Positions 51,201 through 62,065 of a stretch of 64,000 bases of DNA are shown here, piece after piece. Position 1 is the first letter of the stretch, and each line of letters opens with the position of its first letter. Below the pieces are notes generated by a model. It was given only the letters and a program-made list of their open reading frames with translations. It was not told the DNA's origin and did no database searches. Both the position numbers and the translations under genes were made by a program. Source of the DNA: Paragordius varius (lineage: Eukaryota; Animalia; Nematomorpha); assembly GCA_964247055.1 (NCBI GenBank), contig OZ176050.1, forward strand, positions 13,206,001 through 13,270,000, in the 5' to 3' direction.

Positions 51201-54200
51201 ATATAAGTCTAGAAAATACGGATAAAAATATTGATAACGACCATTATCAATTCTATGAATTACGCTCCAACATAAATAATTATCCTTCTGAATCTATCAA
51301 TTTTGAAAAGCAATTTACTCTCAATATTGAAAGTGTAGATATGGCCTTAAATAATCCGGCCTTAACTTTTACAGTCCAAATCTATATGATTGATATGAAA
51401 GATGTTGTACCTATATGTTCACAGGTAAACACCATATTTAGTTATTTTAAAAATTCTTTAATAACTTAAATTTATAATTATGGGCTTGGCCCATTTGATT
51501 TTGTACAAATATATATAAATATATCTTTTTTCTTAATCGATTGATTTAAATATAGAATGTAAATTTCACGGTGCCTGAAAACATTCCGCTCCATTTTATG
51601 TTGGGTATGGTTGAAGCTTTCGATAATTCTCATAGTCAAAACAAATTATTTTACGAAATAATACCGAATGCCGACTCTGATGCACCGATTATTAATATAG
51701 ATTCGTCTCAAGGTAAAAATTGTACATCTTGTCTAAAAATTATAATTCATTTGATAAATAAAGTTTATTATGCTAAATTATTTTTAAAATTTCATATATG
51801 CAGGTCTTATAACCTTGGCAAAACCATTGGATTATGAGAATCACGATTCACCCTATACATATATGGTTAAAGTTAGCAATGAAAAAGGCTTTTATTGCTT
51901 ATCACCTGTTTCCCTTTACGTTTTGGATGTTAATGATAATGTCCCAACGATTAATTTTGATAATGTCAATAATAATAATTATTTTCAAAAATGTGTGAAG
52001 GAAACTACGAAAATCATCAATGTATCATATGAGTGTTGGAATTTTACGCTTCCAGAACAATATAAAAGTGTCACTTTAATGGAGATTCCGGATGAATCTT
52101 CATTAATAACTGTGACACAAATTATAGGTTCAGACTCTGATTCTGGTAAAAATTTTAATATAATTATAAAAAAATGGTTTTATTTAACTTAAAATATTAT
52201 AACTTTATTCCTTTTAGGCAAAAACGGTGAAATTGAATTTTTGATGTCCGATCTTAACTTAGCCGACGAAATTATTATATCCAACCCGTTAACATTTGCC
52301 AATGCATATGATGGTATTATAATGCTTAATATTTCAAAACTCCTTCATGCTATTCATTACCTTCAACAATTGGAGAATAATAGCCCAGATCCTTACTTCA
52401 ATATTACAATTATGGATAATGGTAAACTTTTTAATTAATTTTATGTGATTGTAAAAATTATTTTTTATATATCTTTTTTGGTCAGGAAATTCATCCATAT
52501 GACTGCAAATTTTTATAGAATCAATTTATATACTTTCTAACAACTACTATCCGTAAATTATTATTAGCATAACAAAATTTTTATAAACCAATAAATATAA
52601 ATAATGTATACTTAAATTTAACGGAATAGATATTTTATGTCACTGTTTTTGTCAGTGTAGACTTTATTTTTCATATGGAAAAATCTTACTAAATTTACGC
52701 AAGATTTAGATGTGAATTAAATAATTTATTAAGATAAAACTAGCCATTATATTTTATATTGTAACCTAATTATGTTTAGGATATCCAAGGATGTCAACAA
52801 AGTATCAATTTTGGCTCAACTTAGATGGATACATTGACAGCACTAAAGAGAGTATTAATAAAACCACAAATATACCGCTCTCTGTAATATCTATTTATAA
52901 TATCGTTTATTATATAATTTTAAACATAATTATATTTATATAGGTTATGGAAGTGGATGCAACTATCATAAACCCAATAAGGTCGATTTCTACAACGGAA
53001 GTAATAATATTTTTTAATTTTCTAAAGGAAACAATTAATTATAAATAAAAAAATTATAAATCATCTCTAAGTAGAATTAATGAGAAATATTAAAAAATAT
53101 TTATTGTTTGGAATATTAATTAAATTGTATTATTAAATTATCTTTCAAAAAATTATTTTTACCTATAACCATATTTTTAGAGCAATATACCCCAAGTATT
53201 TTTCGGCCAAAATTCAAACCACATTGAAAACGAGCATTTTTGGAATGCTATTAGTTTTCACACATCCTTACACACCATGACAACAGAGGCCAACATATTT
53301 AACATCAGCCAAGAGTCCCCTAATTATACTTCGTTGGAACCAATCACAGATTATATTTCGAAAAGTGAATCAATCCATTTAAATGACACTTTTAACATTG
53401 AGGGAGATATAAAAACTGAACTGAATTGCATAAAAATTATTGAAAATATGACATATAACTCACCGATCATCCCTAACCTTTTACAATCTTTTATTAATCA
53501 AAGTTGGACCTTGATTATTGACTCAAACATTTCGTGTTTTGATTGGACATTTAACGTTAAACTCCCAGAAACTAAAAGTAAAATTGACCGTCAAATTATT
53601 AACAATAAACGAGATGGCATAAGTCTCCATTTTCAAGCTGAAACGGATGAAGAGTTTGGTGAACAGACTACCCTGCCAAGTTATGCTAGAATCCTGTATG
53701 GTAATCAAAATTTGGATTTATTCCTAATACAAAACAGGCTACAAGTTGAAATTTCATGTCAACCCGATATGAATCAATTAAATGCTATTATAAGCAAGGA
53801 CATACCTACATTTGATTTGGGTATCCCATTTTTAACCCTAAAATTTTTGGGTAATAGACAAGAACTTAATGTTTTTGGTGAATTAATCAACATTCCTGTC
53901 ATACATTGGTTAAATTTTTTGATTAAAAACGATCACGAGGCTAATAAAAAATTGGGATCACAAAATTTCCGTATCCTTAACCTAATATCTTTGCAACAAT
54001 ATCGTAATAATAAAAAAACCAATGAATATAATAACATATACCAAAACAAATCATCCTCGGTACATACTATAAAACGACGAGATACAAATGAAAATTACCC
54101 AAACCTTAAGCCAAAGTTGATTACAGCCAAACCATTGGGGAATTCTATGATAAATTCCAACATAAAATTCAAAACTACACGGTATGAGACATTTACCGTT

Positions 54201-57200
54201 AAGCTTTCGTGGGAGTCCTTAAATCATTCAAAACTCTTGGTAACAATCATTGATCCAATTGATCAGCAAATCCTAGTTTCAAAGCGTGTAAGTGTAATAC
54301 CCCTCCTACCTACGGATCATTTCAATTCTAAAACCACAATTCATAAATGGGAAACTATATTGGGTACACATCCTGACATTTATTCTCTCCTGTATGTTGA
54401 ATGTATGGATTTCAAATTACAACAAAACATGGAGCTTTCTACCCCTTTGTACTACGATGACCAATTAGATAAGCGTGAAGAATTGACATTTTTACAAAAT
54501 AGCGATAATCAAACCAATTCGACTGTGTTTAACACCACAATTAGCCGATTTTTGAGGCCATCAAAAATACCATCTTTTGCCGGGTGTTTGTCCAATTTAA
54601 ACGTATGATTTTTTTAATATTGCATGTTAAAGATACCATTTACAGTTCAAATTCACCATTAAACATGTCAAATTCACCCTAAAATAAATTATGTGTTTTT
54701 TAAAGCTTAAAATTACCTATATTTTTTAATATTTTTGAAAAAATGAAATTTTTTTAAAAATTAATATAATACTGAAAAAATAATAAACTATGCCATATAA
54801 ATATTAATTTCATAATAATGATGAGTTATATTAGCCCGAAAGCACATAATTTATTTTTAGGGTGAATTTGAATTGTCCAAGGGTAACTTTAATAGATTAA
54901 TATCTAAATCAAAATATTTATTTTTAGATTAATGACCATTTGGTGGTCCCATCATATTTACATTCCCATTTCCACAACCCCTATCAAGTTCCTGTCCTAA
55001 ACCCTAAAAGAAGTCAATTAATGAATGTGGATGTTGGATGTACAGTCGAAAATGGCATACCTTTACATTCCATCGAATCCACAAATAAAAATATGGATGA
55101 TTGTCGCACATTTGCGGAAAAAATTGAATCTGAAACTATACCCAATGTTAACATCCTAAAATCAGGTATATTGTCTCTTAATATAGTTAAAATGCATTGA
55201 ATTTGAATTCTAGAAAATTTTCATAATTATCATTATATGTTACTTAGATTCTCATCTCGCACCCAACACTAATTTATGTACTATTTCCTTAACGGTCAAA
55301 ATTTTACCAACCAGCAAAGTTAACACTAGTCACTCTGTGATACCCTTTCTTTCTGCAAAAATTTTTAGTCAAGATTACATTCCACCGTTCATCCCAAACT
55401 ACAGTAGGTCTTCAAAGATAGTTTCAGTGCGTCATAATCTTAAAAACTCTGACAATGTTTCCGATCACCTCTTCTCCCCATTGGATAGTTTGAAAAATCA
55501 AGCTAATAACAATCGTACCGAGGATATAAGCTTTTTTGGGTCACTTTTATCGGGCAAGCTTGGGGTGAAAGATATTATCAAATATTTTTTTACCATACCC
55601 GCTTTAGCACTTTTGAGTTTAACGTGTCTCCTAGTTTGTTCCAAATTACTTGGAAAGCAAAAAAGTCATTCGATTCCTCACAAAGAAGTAGCCCGAATGA
55701 GGCGACGAAAACACCAGCAAAAAAAGAATAATAATAATAATTGCTTTTTTGGAATTGGTGATGACAATACGCGAGATAATGTCCAAATTAATGCTTACTC
55801 CAAATATGACTCAATTTCAACGGTTGAATTAACGGAATTACAGCCTTTGACTTCCACAACTATTCCGTGTCCTTCACTTTCAACCGCTGCATCTGACATT
55901 AAGTACAACAACGGCCAAAATGGAATGATTTATAAACATAATAATTTAAATAATTATGAGGATTGTATGGAACAAGCTATAAACAATGTTAACAAGCCAA
56001 ATAATAATAATCAAGAGAATACCAAGTTTACAAACTCTCAAAAGATACATGGTGAAATGGGTGTGTCGTTTTTAGAAAACAAAAATAATGAAGCATCAAA
56101 GTATAATAATTCGAAAATGACAAACTTGTCAACGTTTGAAAATGGCATCTCCAAAAATCAGGTATTTATATTATTAACTCGAAACAATAATTGGTAATTT
56201 TATTGCAAAAATAATAATAAAACTATAAAGTAAGCGAGGTTAGAGAATAAATGCTTAACATTCATAATTATATCATTGTCCTAATTTATAAAAATTAATG
56301 AAAAAACTAAAAAACAATCGGCGGTTTATGGCTTTTTTGTGTGGCACTTTTCATTAAAACGTAGACTTTTAAATATATATATATATTTCATCCCTTTAAT
56401 TTATAATGCGATAATATACCATTTACAATACAAATTCACCCTTAAACAATTCAAATTCACCCCTAACTAAAATATATGTTTTTTAAGATTAAAAATTACC
56501 ATTATTTTTATATTTTAAAAAAGAAAAAAATTTTGTATAAATTAAAATTATACTGAAAAAATAATAAACTATGCCACAAAGATGTATTTCATACTAATAA
56601 GGAGTTATATTAGTTCGAAAACACATAATTTATTTTAGGGTGAATTTGAATTGTACGAGGGTGTGAATTGTTTGAGAGTGAATTTAAATTGTTCAAGGGT
56701 GAATTTGAACTGTAAATGGTAAATATATTTAATCTTCCAATTTGCACAGAAAATTAAACGACAAGCAAGCATGCCACCCATGATACCAATAGCCAATCCA
56801 TATAATTGCCTTAAATCCGGAGAAATGGTTCAAAATTTACGGGATCAACCAAAACACGTTTGTGTCCCACCGATCAAGGTCAAAAATATTGTCGTTATAA
56901 ACACCACATCAGGTACGTTAAAAAATACAGAAACTATTGACGCCTCTAAAAGCAATAATATTAAAAAGGATAGCGAACTTACCCCACCTAATACGGTAGA
57001 TTTCAATATTCGACTCAGTTCTATCGTATGTAGCCAGGAATCTCAAGATGTAGCAAATAATGATAATAATTTAATACCACCGCAACAAAACTCTGCAAAA
57101 TACGTAAATCGTCATTCAGTTTTGCAAGATAATACAGATACTGTCTCCATCTCAACCAATTTTTCAACCTTGACTGATTGGACAAATAAGAGCTGTAATA

Positions 57201-58475
57201 CTTATTGCAACAATGTATCACAAAATAAAAATAATGTTTTGGTGAAAGATCTCACAACCGTCCCAAGAATAAATTTTAACACATATACCGATGGGGCGGA
57301 TGGTACTGAAAGTTTAGCGCCTTTAATTGACACAAATTCATTGTTTAGTCAACAAACATGTGATAGCCATATAAATGGGTATATTTGCTGTTTTAGATTT
57401 TGATGAAATTTATCTATAAACTTTTTTTATAACCATTTAATTTACGGTGTTTTTAGAAATAATCAACAAAACCGTTTACACACAAAGGAACGAAAAGATA
57501 TTCTTCAACACTCACAATCAACCATTAAACCTAAAAAATCAAATCTAATCCATAAACTATCATTACTCAAATACTCACCGAATAAAGTACCTACTGTCAA
57601 ATTTTCGACTTTACAACGAGAGATTAATACATCAAAACCTAAAATCAACCAATGTAATAATCTTTTTTTTCTATTTTTTAATTTCTGGATATATCCAAAA
57701 ACTATTTTTTTCTAGATCTGAAACCACGCCCTTACGTTCGTAAATTCAAACCGACAAAGCATGAAAATAATCGACCTTTTTCATTCCACCCTTCAATAAC
57801 TAGCCATATGAATGTGAATAATATATGGAGTATAATATTATATTTTTTATAAATTATATTGTTTGATACAGTCTAATTTAGATATAAATTTTTAAAATTA
57901 AACGACAATTTATTTTACATAAATTTAGATGTTTATATTGTAAATGCCTTATACAGGTTTGCGATGATAAAACATTCTTAACCATCTCATTAAAATATAA
58001 TTTATTAATTTTCATAGAATGTCACCAATTACTTAATTAAATCTAAACAAAGACTTAACAAAAAGTTAATTTATGATTTTTTATGGACGCTGTCTAAAGA
58101 AATGGTTATAATTCCATAAAATAAATCATTTTGATTATTATTTGAGATCCTAAAAACATGCTGTAAGGTCAGTTTATTTTTTAACTTATTATCAATTGCC
58201 TTCATCTCATACATTTATAACATAATGAATCATATTTTTCAAGTATTAAAAATTTATTTAATTAAAAAATAGGACGATCTTATAACGGAGCTTTTTACGA
58301 TGTGTTAAAAGACTTGGGAGATACCACAAGCGTATTTTCCTCAGAACCTAAATGCATTTCATTTGCATCGAACCCCTTAATTAACAATAATGTGAAGGAA
58401 CACCAAAATAAAATGGATACCTCTATTATTACAAATACCACTCTCCTAAGCAGCGTTCAATCTAATGAAGATTGA
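30271..58475 (+). CDS. FAT1: Giant Fat-like atypical cadherin (FAT1/2/3 / Drosophila kugelei type), ~40 exons: signal peptide, many cadherin repeats, divergent laminin-G, TM, long cytoplasmic tail
   Basis: Signal MKKSIQIFIYLVCWIILDVQWARS. EC1-2 (FKLEVRMIGSYFLGLALRP..INRERKSVYNIEV..ILDKNDMAPFF..AWDADSGINS) parallels FAT1 (FKAEEYILGDFCFLRIRTK..LNREVKDHY..LDTNDLRPLF..ATDADIGTNG). Other motifs: DSNNHIP (~34310), LDREKQ (~40245), DVNDNSP (~40415), DINDHVP (~44645), LDYE (~51826), DVNDNVP (~51925), DSDSG.NG; LamG-like end FAGCLSNLN (~54577) and NVDVGC (~55025); TM YFFTIPALALLSLTCLLVCS (~55582-55645). Internal exon bounds are only partly resolved; the 3' end is at 57852 or at the terminal exon 58273-58475. 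Exact orthology is not established. Confidence 0.8.
31771..32010 (+). mobile_element. Degenerate hAT-like MITE remnant
   Basis: Starts CAGGGGTGTT and has GCGGGCCGCATG..GTATGTTGAAC near the end, as in 46603-46819. Confidence 0.4.
42046..42304. mobile_element. MITE family B in a Fat intron
   Basis: TA-CAGTAAAAAATGAGATTTTCCAGGCAAAACGTAAAA ... TTTTTTCAGTTTTTACTG. Confidence 0.75.
43577..43812. mobile_element. MITE family A in a Fat intron
   Basis: TA-CCATTT..AATTCATCCTTGAACAATTCAAACTCACCC ... GGGTGAATTTGAATTGTTCAAGG..TGTAAATG. Confidence 0.75.
46015..46160 (-). mobile_element. Helitron-like 3' end fragment
   Basis: Hairpin GTGCTA-AC-TAGCAC followed by GAAA-CTAA|T on the minus strand; inverted copy of 21283-21431. 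Confidence 0.55.
46285..46548. mobile_element. MITE family A, complete, flanked by a ~110-bp direct duplication
   Basis: TA-CCATTTACAATTCAAATTCACCC ... GGGTGAATTTGAACTGTAAATGG-TA; 46172-46279 is repeated at 46558-46670. Confidence 0.85.
46603..46819. mobile_element. hAT (Charlie/Buster-like) MITE
   Basis: CAGGGGTGTC ... GGGCCGCATGTTGGACACCACCCCTG; 8-bp flanks ATTTACAA / ATCTAAAA approximate an nTCTAnAn target site duplication. Confidence 0.6.
54636..54890. mobile_element. MITE family A in a Fat intron
   Basis: TA-CCATTTACAGTTCAAATTCACC start, standard core, GGGTGAATTTGAATTGTCCAAGGG; right TIR lost. Confidence 0.8.
56419..56719. mobile_element. MITE family A, complete
   Basis: TA-CCATTTACAATACAAATTCACCC ... 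GGGTGAATTTGAACTGTAAATGG-TA. Confidence 0.85.
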
Positions 58476-60437
58476 TAAATTATTTCATGTTTTGATACAT
58501 TTTTATTTATCACAGATTTTTATCTATTATTTATAATGCAAAATTATTTACAAAATTGGCTTATATTTTCATGTAATAAACTTATTTATACATTTTTTCT
58601 TGTTAAATTGATGAAAATTGGTTGCAGAATATACATTTATTAGAACAAAGTGCTAATCAACATTTTTTTAATATGGTAATTAAAACGGTTTACAAGAAAT
58701 TAACCATGGATGAGACATATAGCGTTTTAAATGAAAACGGTCTTAAAAGATCAACATATTGGCAAAGGGTTCGTGATATGATTGTTGCTAAAAAATATTT
58801 TAAAAAATATAAATTTCTTTCGTTAGTTGTCGAACATATAATAAGGCTATATCATAAAATAATGGGCTAATTTTGTTTAGGCCTGGTATTTCATAATAAA
58901 TCGCAGTTTTTAACCAGTATCCGCATAGAATTTCTATTACCATTTCAGACCGTGTCCTGCTTAGCAGTTCATTTTATTGTAATATTTACAAATTCGGCGC
59001 CACATACTTTTACGTATTAATGGTATGGTCTAGAGTAAAAGCTTACTATGGTGCAATGAGCCAATCCAATATTGGGATGATAATTTGGCTCACAGTCTTT
59101 TTGCAATTTCTGCACTAAAAAACACTATGATTCCAAATTATACATCTTTAAGGCCGGTTTTAATGAAATAAAATCGTTTATAATAGTGGTTTTCACAAAA
59201 AAGTATTGGACTGAAAAAAAATTCATACCTTAAATGTCGATAAAATTGTTTGACACATTTTCTGACATTCATACTTATAAGTTAATCAACTTTTTTTTAA
59301 TTCAAGGCCATAATAACGCATTATAATTTGAGTATCATTGATCTATATTTACAAGATGATAGTAATGTTGATCCCTTGATAGTTATAAGGACTTTTTTAT
59401 GCCACAAAATGCTGCTAATGATATCGCTTACCCCACAATTTATCTCATTTAAAATCAAATTTCAAATTAAAATTGTTGTGTTTACTTCAAGTAGGATGCC
59501 ATAACTTTATACGCCCTTTTTTAAAAATTAATAAGTATTTTTATATCATAATTTGGAATGTAATTAATTTTTTCGATAAATCGCAGCTTTTTTGTGTTAT
59601 TACCGTGAATTTTCGGGAACTTCAATTATAATATCGAAAAAACATTGTTTTGATTTTCTACAGATTTGCCTTTTAGAATATCGAAAAAATTTGCTGCGAT
59701 TTTCGATAACTAAATATAGAATTTTTAAGATGGATAAGCACCACATAACAAAAGCCTAGGAGCTCTAAATGTTTAAATTAATCTTTAAGATTTTTTGTGT
59801 AACAGTGGTAAGAAACATATGAATAAATCAAATTTATCATGCAGGACATAGATCTGAGCAGCGGATTTCAACATTATACATGTGTACTAGCATCACAAGC
59901 CTTAATTTAAACACCGTAAAAATGGATTCTTTGACAACTAACTCTTAACCTAGCCATTTAAAAAGGCAATCGATTCTTAAATATTCACAAAAAATTAATC
60001 GTAGAAAACTTTCAAAAATTAGGATATGAATATTCGTAGATAACTGGAACATATATGAACGAAACAATAAAATAGAATATCAAATTTAATGGGTTATGCT
60101 AATTTGGCATAATAGCAAGAATGTTATCGTTCTATAATAATAAATGAGGAAAACATGCATAAAAGTTGGTTCTATCGTAAAAACCTCCTGTAACGAATCT
60201 TACGAGTACCATTTTATCACGTGTAAAAGTCTTATCCATCATATTGATATAAATTAGCAAACTTGCCGCCTCAAAAACTTAATCACTTACCTTAAACAAT
60301 ATGTTTCATAAGCCATAATCCAGGTGAATGATGAAAATTCATTTGCTATGCCTTGTCTCTATTCAATAATATTTCAGAAAACTAATATTATTTAGATAAT
60401 ATGCTGTGTTTTTGAATTTATTAAAACATATTTAGAA

Positions 60438-60787
60438 TCAAAAATATGGGGCTCGTTTCACATTAATTCCATATTCCGAAGCTGCGGCAGAAAGATCTTC
60501 AATAGTCAGAGATGCCTTTGAGGTGGAATGACTGTTTTCCAATCTCATTTTTTGATGTTGCAAGGCATCGTTTGCAATATCAGAAATAAATTTTTGAGCG
60601 GCCAAAGATATCAATCTAACTAACCGAATATCATCGAGATCACAACCACTCCTAATAAAACATTTAATGTAAAATCAAACTTTTTAAGATAATAGAGTGT
60701 AATTATGTCAGGAATCATAGGATTATAATCATTAAGGCGATTTAAAAAATCGGAAATGGATAGAGATTGTTGGTGTTGCTGGGCCAT
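60438..60787 (-). CDS. TAF10: TFIID subunit TAF10, 106 aa; exons 60787-60681 and 60651-60438
   Basis: MAQQHQQSLSISDFLNRLNDYNPMIPDIITLYYLKK/SGCDLDDIRLVRLISLAAQKFISDIANDALQHQKMR...LTIEDLSAAASEYGINVKRAPYF*; diagnostic histone-fold motifs; 29-nt GT-AG intron. Confidence 0.95.
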
Positions 60788-60997
60788 ATTCTTATTGTTT
60801 TAGTTTAAGAAAGTATGGAACTAAAATTTTACAATCTATATATTTACCGGCTTTAATAATAAGAATAGCGACAAAAAATTGACCAATAGTATTTAAAACT
60901 TGGCGATCGTGATTAATTTCTTTAGTGGGTTCTGGAATTTTGTCAGATGAATCTTTGATTTTATACATATGGGGGAAAGAATGAATATAATAAAAAC
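60788..60997. promoter_or_regulatory. Putative bidirectional promoter between TAF10 and LSm3
   Basis: Only 210 bp separate the two divergent ATGs; no specific motif was assigned. Confidence 0.6.
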
Positions 60998-61354
60998 ATG
61001 GTGATGGCCACTGATGTTGAAGGCGAGTTGCAATCCTTCGTGATAGAAGAACCGTTTGATTTGATAAAATTAAGCTTGGGTGAAAAAATTTATATAAAAT
61101 TACGGCATGATCGTGAAATCCGAGGAAGATTGCATGTAATTATTTGCTCCTATATTAGGCTTATGACAATCATTTAAATATGATTTTGAGCGAAGTAGAA
61201 GAAACTATAACCACACTTGATATTGATGAGGAGACTTATGAGGAGGAAATTAAAGTTTTTTAACTTTTAATAATAGGTGACAAAAAGAAACGTCCCTCTG
61301 TTATTTATCCGTGGTGATAGCATTGTTCTTGTGTCACCACCGTCAAAAATTTAA
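60998..61354 (+). CDS. LSM3: U6 snRNA-associated Sm-like protein LSm3; exons 60998-61135, 61159-61254, 61277-61354
   Basis: [86 protein letters not shown]; introns of 23 and 22 nt. Confidence 0.96.
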
Positions 61355-62065
61355 TTACTTTTATATCCATATATTATCCAGTGTATAAATGCTTTTAAAT
61401 CAATAAATGATTAACTTATCAAGCGCCATTTCATAACCAATATTTAACCAATCTAATTTGAAATAAGTGGATATATTTACTTATTTTTTAAAAAATGTCA
61501 ACATCTTGATATTATATGTAATATAATCTAGTCTTTTAAAACGGTTTTAGTAAAAAATATTTATTAAATTGTAATTTAATCAATTTTATTTTTTTAATTA
61601 AACTTTAAAATAATAAAAGAAACTGTTTCTTAAATTATATGTTTAAAAAGTCTTCATACATCGTAATCCTTTTTGTTTTAAACCATTCATCATAATGAAA
61701 ACAATATCAAAGCGGTTCTTTTTTACCGATTTTAATAATGAGCCTAAATCTGCGGTTTTTTTATAGTTTTAGGAATATTTTTTAAAATTTAATTATTTAA
61801 AAATCGAAAACAGATGGATTATAGAGGGTAGTCCCCATTTTCATAAATTTTATTTATTAGAATTATTAATAAATATCGTTAGAAAAATCTAAAATATTGT
61901 GTATTATTAAGTTATTTTTTTAATCAAAAATGTCATTTTTAAATTATGTATCATTAATAAATAAGTGTTGTCATTTCAATCATTTTGGTTTCGTATACGG
62001 TTAAGTTAAGGCTTTTTTATGATTTGCATGCCTTTGCAGTCAAAAGACTATTTTGCTATCGTAAC

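Noticed and set aside
5920-56650. TTAGGG hits as interstitial telomeric repeats
   Set aside because: They are single TTTTAGGGTG junctions between the MITE core and its right arm, never tandem.
34858-57221. Minus-strand ORFs inside Fat exons (e.g. 34858, 35047, 37765, 38742, 42982, 49425, 53523, 57021)
   Set aside because: Antisense to long coding exons with no independent splice or start evidence.
30271-58475. Several separate cadherin genes or a clustered protocadherin array
   Set aside because: Only one signal peptide and one TM segment were seen, and the exons checked are linked by GT-AG introns. One gene is the simplest reading, though not every junction was verified.
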